From an uncultured Acidobacteriota bacterium (GTDB taxonomy: Bacteria; Acidobacteriota; G020349885; CAZDZC01), in contig CAZDZC010000003.1 in assembly GCA_964509835.1 (NCBI GenBank), positions 127,642 through 191,641 of the forward strand: a stretch of DNA of 64,000 nucleotides, given 5' to 3'. Positions within the stretch are counted from its first letter, which is position 1, and every line of letters begins with the position of its first letter. Positions 39,014 through 49,500 of this stretch are shown piece after piece. The notes under the pieces were generated by a model. It was not told the origin of the DNA. It saw only the letters and a list, made by a program, of their open reading frames with translations, and did not search any database. The position numbers and the translations under genes were made by a program.

Positions 39014-42000
39014 ATGTTTAAAAAGTATTGGTTTTTAGTTGTTGCTTTCTTCTTTTTATCTCATCCGTTATATACTGCAGAGTGGATAGAGATGAAGATT
39101 TCACAACCAGATACACCCCCTGATATTCTTGTTACAGAGGATATTTCAGGTTTAACTGTGAGTGTTCAAACGCCGGGATTTTATACTGAGAATGTAGATG
39201 TAGACAGTGTGATTTACAAGAGTATTTCTCTCCCTGCCTCAGGAGTTAATGCTGTGACCGGCGCTCCTGCAATGCCTTTTAAAGGAGTATGGATAACGGT
39301 TCCGAACGGTGTTGAAATAAGTGTCGAACTGACCAGTGAAGATCCTTCTGTTATTCTGTCAGGCATTACTATTTACCCAAGGCAGGAACCCGCTCTTGAC
39401 TGCGGTGATTGCGAACCGGAATTCTTTATTGATCAAGAATACTATACTGCTGATGAATGGTTTCCGAAAGATATTGCAAGAATCTCAGTAGATGGGATTG
39501 TGAGAGGTCGAAGGATGGTTTTCATTGAAATATCACCGCTTCAATACAATCCTGTTACTAAAGAGTTAAGAGCTTACAGTGATTTAAGTGTCAATATGAA
39601 CTTCGAGGGTGATATTAATACTCAACTCGAAACAGCAGCTGAGAACAAACGAACTCCCTTCTTTGACAGTTTTATTAATTCATTTGCTGAGAACTACAGC
39701 TTTACTGACAATATTGAGAGTAATCCTATCGGAACTGAATACCTTATAATTGCATATGATAATTTTGTAAACGAATTAACACCACTTGCTGAATGGAAGG
39801 CATTAAAGGGATATACATCGGAAATAGTTCCTTTTTCTTCCATTGGTTCAACATATGCAGATCTTCTTACTTACCTTCAGAGCAGATATAATAGTGAGGA
39901 TCTTACTTATGTGCTACTTGTTGGTGATTATAACCTGGTACCGAGTTATCCTCACAGCGGATTTGTATCTGATCTGACTTTTTCGCTTCTTGATGGTTCA
40001 GATTATCTTCCTGATGTTGTTCTGGGAAGGATCAGTGTACAGACGGATGCTGAGTGCCAGACAGTTGTTAACAAGATATTGCAGTATGACAGGAATCCTG
40101 ATACAGGTAACTGGTATGAATCAGTACTCTTTGCATCCTACCTTCAGGGCGGGTGCGAGGCACAAAGATTTTTCTTCGAAACGGCAACACATGCCATGCA
40201 TTTTCTAGAAGGGAATACTTCTTTAAATACAAGAACAGCTATGACGAGTGATTCACTTTCTTGCAGTCCTTATTACTACCGCAGTGACAATCCTACTTGG
40301 TATCCCCACAGACCGGCAGGTTACAGTGGAATGACCCCTGTACCCGCAGCCGATGCCGCTCTTATTACAGGATCTGCTCAGGCAATATCTGATGTCTCTG
40401 CAGGATTCAATGCAGGAGTTGGACTGATTCAGCATCGCGATCACGGAATGGAAACAGGCTGGGGAGATCCGTATTTTACTAATTCAAATGTTGATGCTCT
40501 GACAAATGGTGTGAAGACACCGGTAGTTTTTTCCATCAACTGTCTGACTGGTAAGTTCAATTACACAGGGGGTGATTGTTTTACAGAAAGACTCCTTAAG
40601 AAGCAGAATGGAGGAGCTGTCGCTGCTATTGGTGCATCTGAGGTCAGTTATTCCGGTTTTAATGATCTTCTTACACATGGGATTTTTGATTGTTTCTGGG
40701 ACAACTATGATACAAATGATGGAGGAAATAATTACAACCACTCATGGAAACCAGCAGAAGCTTTGCTGTACGGGAAATTCTATATGCTTACCTGGGAAGG
40801 GGACAACTCCGATACTTTGTATCAGTACAGATTATTTCACTGGTTTGGTGATCCTGAACTGACTCTCAGACTGAATTCTCCAATTACTCCTGTAATCTCA
40901 CATGATGACCCTATTCCGGTAGGAGCCACTGACATTAATGTCTTCTGCAGTGAAAACGATGCTTTAGTGGCTGTAACTGAAGGGGGAGTGTTACTTGGAA
41001 GAAATTATGTTTCAGGTGGATCAACATCTGTAAACCTCAACCCTGTACCTAACATTCCTACCTCTTTGAATATAACAGTCACTGGACGAAGTATTGATCC
41101 CTACGAGGCGATTGTGGATGTCATTGTTCCAGATGGTGCTTGGCTGAGCCATGATTCGCATACTTTGGATGATAGTACAGGAAACAGTGATGGTATTATC
41201 AACCCAGGTGAGACAGCAACAGTTACTGTAACAGTAGAAAATGTTGGAGCCGATCCAGCAACTTCGGTTACAGCGATATTGTCGGAGAATTCTTCCTACT
41301 GTAGTGTAATTGACAACTCTGCAACCTTTCCTGATATACCGGTTTCTGCATTAGCACAATCTAATCCTGATCATTTTACTTTCTCTGTTGATCCTACCGC
41401 ACCCAATGGACATGTGATTGTATTTACACTGAACTGGATTGCTAATGGAACTGACACGGGATCAACAACATTTAATGTGAGTGTCTGTGAGCAATTGGTT
41501 ATCTCAAATATTCAATATACAAATGTTACAACTGATTCTGTAGATATAACATGGACCACAAATCATCCAGCTGATTCAACTTTAACATATGGTTCAGCAG
41601 TACCACCGACAATTATAGAATCTACTTCAGGATTGGTTACGAATCATTCGATTTCTGTGTCTGGATTAATAGATTGTTCTCTTTACTATTTCATGGTCAC
41701 ATCATCTTCTCAAGGGTGCTATACAGCAATCGATGATAATGGCGGAGCATATCATCACCTGGAAACATATTCTCTCAGCTCTGCTTTTAATGATGATGTA
41801 GAGTCGGGAAATATCGGCTGGACTGCAGACAGTCCCTGGGCTATTACAACCTCCAGCTCTCATTCATCTACACACAGCTGGACTGATTCACCATCCGGTA
41901 ATTACGGCAACAGCATTGATACTTCCCTTATGTCTCCTGTCATAGATCTTACAGGATACTCCTCTGCTGAAGTATCATTCTGGCACCGCTATTATACTGA

Positions 42001-45000
42001 AAGCTGCTGTGACAGAGCTTACTTTCAGATATCGGTGAACAACGGTGCATCCTGGACTACTCTTGGATCTTATGCCGGGATTAATACAACCTGGCATGAA
42101 GTGAATTTTGACCTGACACCTTATGTAGGGACATCCCAGTTCAGGATGCGGTTCCGTTTAGATACAGACAGCAGTATAGTTTATGACGGGTGGTATGTAG
42201 ATGATATTCAGATATCAACACCAACACCATGTCATGCCGGAGTTCTGACAATGGACAGCAGTATTTACTCATGTTCAGGAGATACAATCAGTTTTGAATT
42301 ATTGGATATGGATCTGAACCTTAATCCATCAGTAATAGAGAATGTTTCTATTGAGCTGAACAGTACAACAGAGAATGTTCCTGAGACAATAATATTAATT
42401 GAGGATGGGGTCAATTCAGCATATTTTTATGGGTCAGCTCAGACAACAGATTTATCGCCAATACCTGGAGATGGTATTATTTCAGTAATTGACCAGGATA
42501 CCATAACCACTGTTTATAATGATGCAAACAATGGCGGAGGGATTCCTGCCTCTGTTATAACCACCGCAACTACGAACTGTGTTCCTCCTGTAATATCGGG
42601 AGTATATGTATCTGGTTTGACCGGATATTCTGTAGTTATCAACTGGGTAACAGATATAGATTCAGACAGCGTAGTCAATTATGGCACTGTTTTCCCGCCA
42701 ACAGAACAGTCATCTTCAGCAAGCCTTGTCACTTCTCACTCTCATATGTTGACAGGCCTTCAACCCTGTACAATTTATTATTTCAGTATACAGTCTTCAG
42801 ATGAATATGGAAACACAGCTATCGATGATAATGGAGGTAGTTATTATCAGTTTGAAACTTTCAGCCAGACCATATACATTCAGGAAGACTTCGAAACAAC
42901 TCCTTCTGGATGGAGCCATGGAGGATACTACGATGAATGGGAATGGGGGACTCCTACGCTTGGTCCTCCGGGAGCACATTCCGGCAACAATGTATATGCA
43001 ACCGATCTTGATTCAAACTATAAGAAATCGGGTGGTACTGGCGATGTAGAATGCTATCTGACAACACCTTCAATTGATCTGACAGCAGCGTCGGGAAATG
43101 TCTCCCTGAGCTTCTGGCATTATTATGAAATATGGAATGATGCTGCACCGAACGGACTTGACGATGGTGCATGGCTGGAGATTTCAACAAATGGTGGTTC
43201 AACATGGTCTGTTTTGACTCCTGATGAAGGTTATAATAATACGCTTGATAGCAGTGCACCAAGGCCAAGCGGTTCCTGCTTTTCCGGAGACAGCGGAGGA
43301 TGGATCGAATCAACGACATCGCTGAATTCCTACATTGGTTACAATGTAAGTATCAGGTTCTGGTTCTTTTCTGATGATAGCCAGGGAACAGCTTTGCCTG
43401 GCTGGTACATAGATGATGTTACGGTTCTGGGAGATTCAGGGCCCTGCGGTCCATATGTATTGTATGAATCATGTACAATTAATGATTATCCGATCGGAAA
43501 CAACGACGGGGGAATAGATCCCGGTGAAAGTATTACTCTACCAGTGGCGTTTATAAATACAGGAGTTGAAGAAGCAGGAAATGTTACTGCTCTTCTTACA
43601 TCAACCACATCGGGAATAACAGTAATTACTGGAAGTACAGATTTCCCGGATATTCCTTCTTCAGGCTCTGGACAGTCAGTATCTCCACACTTCAGCTTCA
43701 GAGTTGACAGCTCTGTTCCCTGCGGTACAACTATTGAGTTCAGTCTTGTTATTGATTATACAGATCCTGGTGGAAATCCAGGGCAAAATACAGATTCATT
43801 TAGTTTAAGAATAGATGGGAGTTTGCTAGCGCCTGCAAATGTGGCTATATTTCAAGACACTAACCCATGGGGTAGAACATCAAATCAGGATATCTTAACT
43901 GCCAACAACATTCCTTTTACATTTTTTAATACTTCCGGCATCGCTTCAGTTGATCTATCACCTTTTGACAAAGTAGTGATCTCCTCTGCACAGAGTTTGA
44001 CATTCTACCAGACGATTGCAAATAATCTTTCCTTGTTTGAATCATGGATACAGAACGGTGGTGTTTTTGAAATGCATGGAGCATGTCAATCTTCTAGTAA
44101 CTGGAGTGGTTTGACGATGCCCGGAGACTGGACGAGTATTTACAGAACCTCAGACACTTTGGGAATCAGTGATATATTGCACCCAATAGTTACGGATCCG
44201 ACATTGATATCGGATAGTGAAATTGATAACTGGAGCGCAAGTACGCATGGGTATATTTCAGTTCATCCTGTTACTGCTGATCTCCTTATATTCGATGAGA
44301 CTTATATACCAAATCAGCCAGTTACTATGGAGTGGAATCTGGGAAGCGGAGCAGTAATTGCCTCAATGCAAACACTGGAGTTCGGATATGATAATCAGTA
44401 TTCTGATATTCTAGAGAATATACTTCTCTATATGCCCGTCGGCACAGCAGGATGTGAACCCTTTAGTGAAATACATTTGGATGGTACTGACTACTCTTGC
44501 GAAGATGTGATCGAAGTTAGAGTTATAGATGATGATCTGAATACAGACCCGGGAACTGCTGAAACTGTTGATGTGGAGATGACATCTTCTACTGAAACTG
44601 TACCAGAGATCCTTACACTGACGGAAAACGGTCCAGATACAGGAATTTTCATGGGAACAATAGCTGTTTCGCTGACAGACAGTCCCGGTGTTCTTCAGAT
44701 ATCGCAGGGGGATACTGTTTACGGTCTTTACCACGATGATGATGCATTCGGAACAGGTCCTCAGGATTTTACTGCAGAAGCATTTATCCAGAGTGACTGT
44801 ACCCCTCCTGTAATTTCGAATGTTGCTGTTACAAATATTACTGGAAGTACAGCCTTAGTGACATGGACCACAGATGAACCAGCTGACTCTTTTGTAGAAT
44901 ATGGTGCAGATCCCATGCTGGGTTCAATGACTTCACTTAGTGGATTTGTTACAAACCACAGTATTTTACTGTCAGGTTTGACTCCATGCAGTGGCTATGT

Positions 45001-46531
45001 TTTTAAAGTTGGCTCTACTGATGGCGCAGGTAATGTCTCTATTGATGACAATGCAGGAATTTTGTGGTCTTTTGAGACTTACGGAAGTACAGTTTACCTT
45101 GATACTGACTTTGAGAGCGGTGCATCCGGCTGGACCCATACAGGTGTGTATGACCAATGGCAGCTGGGATATCCTTCATACGGTCCATCTGGGGCACACA
45201 GCGGAAGTAATGTTTATGCAATAAACCTGACTGGAAACTATACGAAGAACAACGGTTCAACAAACGGAAGCAACTGGCTTATAACCCCATCATTAGATCT
45301 GACAAGTGCTACAGGTGCGGAACTTTCATTCTGGCACTGGTATTATATATATACCGACAACCTTACAAACGGAACTGATGATGGCATCTGGCTGGAAATT
45401 TCAACTAATGGCGGTGCCTCCTGGCAGGTGCTTACACCGGACAATGGATACAATAATACCCTTGATGATGAAGCACCGTATCCTTACGGCCCCTGCTGGG
45501 CAGGTCTCAGTACAGTCTGGGAGGAAGTGACGGTTGACCTTTCAGCATATTCTGGAAACACTGTTAACTTAAGGTTCAGGTTTTTCGAAGATGATAATTT
45601 CGGAACTGCACGTGCAGGATGGTATATAGACGATGTTCTTGTTAATGTTGATGCACCGTGCACGCAAAGCTGTTCACCTGTTATTGCATCAATAGATGTG
45701 ATCAATCCTGATCCTGAAGTATGTCTGGGCACTGAACAGACTCTCTATGGCAGCGGAAAGGGAGAAGGAGCTCTAACTTATGAATGGGATCTTGATTATG
45801 ACGGGTTCACATTTAATGTTGATGCAGTTGGTGAAGTAATAAGCCATATGTTCCCTGTTGCGAATATTGATTTTGCCCTGAGAGTGACGGATTCCTGCAG
45901 TGACCCGGGACCGCAGCAGGATATTGACATTGTCAGTCTGAACCTTTATGGTCAAATATCAGCTTCATTCAACTGGAGTCCAACAGACTGCTCAGTTCAG
46001 TTTACAGATACATCTACAGGGGGAGCAGCTCCGTTCATTTATCAATGGGACTTCGGAGATGGCAGCGGGATTTCTACAGCATCGAACCCTCAGTATACCT
46101 ACTCCCTGTCAGGTACCTACACAGTTGAGCTCACCCTTACTTCAGCTGATGGTTGTCAGGACTCGCATTCAGAGTCTATTACCTGTACAACTGGTGTCAG
46201 GATACCTGAAATTATTACAGTTGAGAAATCTGTAACAGGAATAACCTTCAGCATTGATAATCAGAGAACAAACTCATTTCACAATCTTTACAGAGGTGAA
46301 CTGGGAAACTGGTACTCCCACAATAATAAAGTATCAACTGCTGAGTGTCCAGGTAGTCCTGCAGGCTTACTATCAGATGATACTTCAGTAACGAAAGATA
46401 GTGATAATTACTATTACATAATAAGTTATTCTGACGGTTTCTGTGAAACAGGATTCGGATACAACAGTGATATGGTTGACAGGTCAACGGTGTTTCTGCC
46501 TTCTGAGATGTGCACAGAGCTATGTCCTTAA
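39014..46531 (+). CDS. Giant secreted peptidase C25 (gingipain-family cysteine protease) with FN3-like, MAM/jelly-roll-like and PKD modules, and a C-terminal Cys-containing tail
   Basis: A signal peptide is followed by a C25 propeptide and catalytic domain (YLIIAYDNFVNELTPLAEWK..VLLVGDYNLVP). The catalytic His is in IQHRDHG and the Cys in FSINCLTG. Three FN3-like units (..ITWTT..TYG..) alternate with MAM-like units. A PKD unit (WDFGDGSG) lies near the C-terminus. Confidence 0.9.
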   Translation: MFKKYWFLVVAFFFLSHPLYTAEWIEMKISQPDTPPDILVTEDISGLTVSVQTPGFYTENVDVDSVIYKSISLPASGVNAVTGAPAMPFKGVWITVPNGVEISVELTSEDPSVILSGITIYPRQEPALDCGDCEPEFFIDQEYYTADEWFPKDIARISVDGIVRGRRMVFIEISPLQYNPVTKELRAYSDLSVNMNFEGDINTQLETAAENKRTPFFDSFINSFAENYSFTDNIESNPIGTEYLIIAYDNFVNELTPLAEWKALKGYTSEIVPFSSIGSTYADLLTYLQSRYNSEDLTYVLLVGDYNLVPSYPHSGFVSDLTFSLLDGSDYLPDVVLGRISVQTDAECQTVVNKILQYDRNPDTGNWYESVLFASYLQGGCEAQRFFFETATHAMHFLEGNTSLNTRTAMTSDSLSCSPYYYRSDNPTWYPHRPAGYSGMTPVPAADAALITGSAQAISDVSAGFNAGVGLIQHRDHGMETGWGDPYFTNSNVDALTNGVKTPVVFSINCLTGKFNYTGGDCFTERLLKKQNGGAVAAIGASEVSYSGFNDLLTHGIFDCFWDNYDTNDGGNNYNHSWKPAEALLYGKFYMLTWEGDNSDTLYQYRLFHWFGDPELTLRLNSPITPVISHDDPIPVGATDINVFCSENDALVAVTEGGVLLGRNYVSGGSTSVNLNPVPNIPTSLNITVTGRSIDPYEAIVDVIVPDGAWLSHDSHTLDDSTGNSDGIINPGETATVTVTVENVGADPATSVTAILSENSSYCSVIDNSATFPDIPVSALAQSNPDHFTFSVDPTAPNGHVIVFTLNWIANGTDTGSTTFNVSVCEQLVISNIQYTNVTTDSVDITWTTNHPADSTLTYGSAVPPTIIESTSGLVTNHSISVSGLIDCSLYYFMVTSSSQGCYTAIDDNGGAYHHLETYSLSSAFNDDVESGNIGWTADSPWAITTSSSHSSTHSWTDSPSGNYGNSIDTSLMSPVIDLTGYSSAEVSFWHRYYTESCCDRAYFQISVNNGASWTTLGSYAGINTTWHEVNFDLTPYVGTSQFRMRFRLDTDSSIVYDGWYVDDIQISTPTPCHAGVLTMDSSIYSCSGDTISFELLDMDLNLNPSVIENVSIELNSTTENVPETIILIEDGVNSAYFYGSAQTTDLSPIPGDGIISVIDQDTITTVYNDANNGGGIPASVITTATTNCVPPVISGVYVSGLTGYSVVINWVTDIDSDSVVNYGTVFPPTEQSSSASLVTSHSHMLTGLQPCTIYYFSIQSSDEYGNTAIDDNGGSYYQFETFSQTIYIQEDFETTPSGWSHGGYYDEWEWGTPTLGPPGAHSGNNVYATDLDSNYKKSGGTGDVECYLTTPSIDLTAASGNVSLSFWHYYEIWNDAAPNGLDDGAWLEISTNGGSTWSVLTPDEGYNNTLDSSAPRPSGSCFSGDSGGWIESTTSLNSYIGYNVSIRFWFFSDDSQGTALPGWYIDDVTVLGDSGPCGPYVLYESCTINDYPIGNNDGGIDPGESITLPVAFINTGVEEAGNVTALLTSTTSGITVITGSTDFPDIPSSGSGQSVSPHFSFRVDSSVPCGTTIEFSLVIDYTDPGGNPGQNTDSFSLRIDGSLLAPANVAIFQDTNPWGRTSNQDILTANNIPFTFFNTSGIASVDLSPFDKVVISSAQSLTFYQTIANNLSLFESWIQNGGVFEMHGACQSSSNWSGLTMPGDWTSIYRTSDTLGISDILHPIVTDPTLISDSEIDNWSASTHGYISVHPVTADLLIFDETYIPNQPVTMEWNLGSGAVIASMQTLEFGYDNQYSDILENILLYMPVGTAGCEPFSEIHLDGTDYSCEDVIEVRVIDDDLNTDPGTAETVDVEMTSSTETVPEILTLTENGPDTGIFMGTIAVSLTDSPGVLQISQGDTVYGLYHDDDAFGTGPQDFTAEAFIQSDCTPPVISNVAVTNITGSTALVTWTTDEPADSFVEYGADPMLGSMTSLSGFVTNHSILLSGLTPCSGYVFKVGSTDGAGNVSIDDNAGILWSFETYGSTVYLDTDFESGASGWTHTGVYDQWQLGYPSYGPSGAHSGSNVYAINLTGNYTKNNGSTNGSNWLITPSLDLTSATGAELSFWHWYYIYTDNLTNGTDDGIWLEISTNGGASWQVLTPDNGYNNTLDDEAPYPYGPCWAGLSTVWEEVTVDLSAYSGNTVNLRFRFFEDDNFGTARAGWYIDDVLVNVDAPCTQSCSPVIASIDVINPDPEVCLGTEQTLYGSGKGEGALTYEWDLDYDGFTFNVDAVGEVISHMFPVANIDFALRVTDSCSDPGPQQDIDIVSLNLYGQISASFNWSPTDCSVQFTDTSTGGAAPFIYQWDFGDGSGISTASNPQYTYSLSGTYTVELTLTSADGCQDSHSESITCTTGVRIPEIITVEKSVTGITFSIDNQRTNSFHNLYRGELGNWYSHNNKVSTAECPGSPAGLLSDDTSVTKDSDNYYYIISYSDGFCETGFGYNSDMVDRSTVFLPSEMCTELCP

Positions 46532-46596
46532 CCCAAGGAGAGGTTGAGAATATGTATATGAGAAGAGCAGGAAAAAACTAAAAGGGGAGACAGTAT

Positions 46597-49500
46597 ATGC
46601 TTAAGAACAGAGTAACAGACTTCGTGATAATAGTTTTACTGGCAATTATTTTGTCAGTATGTTTCATTGGTAATAAGGTATTAACCGCTGCGGATAAGGA
46701 ATTTGAAAGGATTTATGAACTTAGGGATCCTGGTCTGAATGCTGACAGTTATGAAGAAGATGATAATTGTACGGGGGTTTTATCAAACATTATCGAAGAT
46801 AGCGAAACCCAATCACATGATTTCTCAGATGACGGCGAAGACTGGATTGCCTTTAACGGATGTGCCGGGACCACATATACAATTTCAACTTCCAATTTAG
46901 GCCTGTTTGCTGATACTCTGATAGAGCTTTATGACAGGGACTGTTCCATATTACTCACATGGGATGATAACAGTGGTGGTGGTTTAGCATCCCTGCTTTC
47001 ATGGACCGTTACTGCATCAGGTCTGTATCATATAAAAGTTCTTCAAGCGGATGCGACTTTTGGAGCAGAAAGGGAATACGATCTGAACCTTTCAGGAAGC
47101 ACTGCAAGCTGTCTTTCTTGGATAAAAGCTTATGGAGGAACTGCTGATGATGCCGGAAGTTCAGTTTGTTCGACATATGATGGAGGTTATATTGTTTCAG
47201 GTAAGACATATAGCTTCGGTGCTTTAGCAAATGATATGTGGTTCCTAAAACTGGATGCCTATGGATCAATCGTATGGGAAGAAAGGATAGATGGAAACTC
47301 AGAGGATATTCCAGAGGAAATAATCCCGACTTCTGATGGTGGGTATATAGCAATGGGTTATACATTCTCACAAGGTGTCGGAGGGTACGATATATGGATT
47401 TTAAAACTGAACAGCTCCGGTAGTATTATTTGGCAGAAAACTATCGGATCATCAAGTGACGATGTAGGGTATGACATGGAGAACACTGCTGATGGAGGCT
47501 TTATTATTTCCGGTTATACCTTGAGTTCAGGCAGTTCAGATGCTTTGATCATCAAATTAAGTTCAGACGGTTTGATTGAATGGGAGATAAGAGCCGGAGG
47601 GACAGGTTATGATAATGGTGCATCAGTTGTACAGACATCTGACGGTGGATATTTTGTGACGGGACAGACCTCTTCATATGGTGCTGGTGGTTATGACTGT
47701 TGGCTGCTGAAGCTGAATTCCTCCGGTAATATTTTGTGGTGTAAGACATATGGAGGTTCTTTTACAGACAGGGGAAATCATGTAATAGAAACTTCTGATG
47801 GCGGTATCCTCATTACAGGATATACCAGTTCATATGGGGCAGGTAATGGTGATTTCTGGGTAATTAAAACGGACTCATCAGGTTCAGTGGATTGGCAGAA
47901 AACATATGGGGGAGCACTGAATGACATTGCATCAGGTTGCATAGAAGTTTCAGATGGATTTATAATCTCGGGAATGTTAACAGGTCTGGGAAACGGCAAC
48001 CAGGATTCCTGGTTCATAAAACTGGATTTAACAGGATCTGTGGTGTGGCAAAAAGCATACGGCCTTGACCTATATGAAACAATTGGATTTATAGCACCAA
48101 CACCTGATAAAGGAATAGTTGCTGCTGGAATCTGCAATTCAATTGGTTCTGGTGGAAATGATCTTTGGATAATGAAGTTTGATGAAACAGGGAGTCTCAG
48201 CAGTGATTGCGGTTTTGAAACAATCACTTCCACCGCAGGTTCAGATTCAACCGCATCAGTTAGTAATCCATCTGTTTCAGCAGTTTCAACATCCCTGCTT
48301 GTACTTGCCTCAACTGCCACTGTTCAACCATCAACAGCTCTCATTACAAATCCATGTCCTGACAGTGACGGAGATGGGTTATCGGACGATCTGGACAACT
48401 GTCCCTTTGACTTCAACCCTGTCCAGGCTGACTCTGACACTGATGATGTTGGAGATATTTGTGATGTATGTCCAGATGATCCCGATCCCGGTCAGGAGGA
48501 TCAGGATACAGATGGAGTTGGAGATACCTGTGATAACTGTCCTGCCGTGAGTAATCCTGGCCAGGAGGATACAGATGGGGACGGAATTGGAGATGTCTGT
48601 GATCTGGACGCCGATGGTGATGGGATTGATGATGATATTGATAACTGTCCATCGGTTCCGAACCCTGGACAGAATGACACAGATGGGGATACCGTTGGCG
48701 ATGAATGCGATGCCTGTCCCGGAGGAGATGACAGAATAGACTCCGATATAGATGGTGTTCCGGATGTATGCGACAATTGTGAATTCACTATTAACCCTTT
48801 GCAGGAGGATGTTGATGCCGACTACATGGGAGATGTCTGCGATAACTGCCCGACAACTTATAATCCCGGGCAGGAGGATGCTGACCTGGATGGTGTTGGA
48901 GATGCTTGTGATTTGTGCGCAGGATTTGACGATGCTTTAGATGTTGATATGGATTTAATTCCTGACGGATGCGACAATTGCCCGTCGGTTGCAAATCCAT
49001 CTCAGCTTGACAGTGACGGAGACGGTTATGGCGATTCCTGCGATGTCTGTGTCGGAGGGGATGATAACCTGGATGCCGATGGTGACACGGTTCCTGATGA
49101 ATGTGATAACTGCCCTGATATTCCAAACCCTGACCAGGAGGACGAAAATGCAAACGGCGTTGGTGATGTTTGTGATCTTGATGACTGTATAGGAGCCATA
49201 CCGATAGATGTTACACCATTTTCAGACAGTTATAATGTAACATCAGCAACTCATGCTGTTACGGATCCTGTTTCAGTATGTCCCTCCTCATGTCCTTCTG
49301 ATGACCACAGCGTATGGTTCCGGTATGAAGCCACCACCAGTGTTTCGGTCATTGTAGATTCTGTGGGAAGCAATTATGACACCATCATGACCGTTTACAG
49401 TACTGACCCGGTTCTTGGCTGTGATTCACTGACTTATCACAGCTGTAATGATGACTATAGCGGAACCCAGTCACAGGTGATGTTCACAACATGTCCCGGG

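Noticed and set aside
46229-46531. T9SS (Por) C-terminal sorting domain on the giant proteins
   Set aside because: The shared tail is short and Cys-rich, ends in C-P, and lacks the ~80-aa beta-sandwich pattern and terminal motifs expected of T9SS CTDs. It is reported as an unclassified tail instead.
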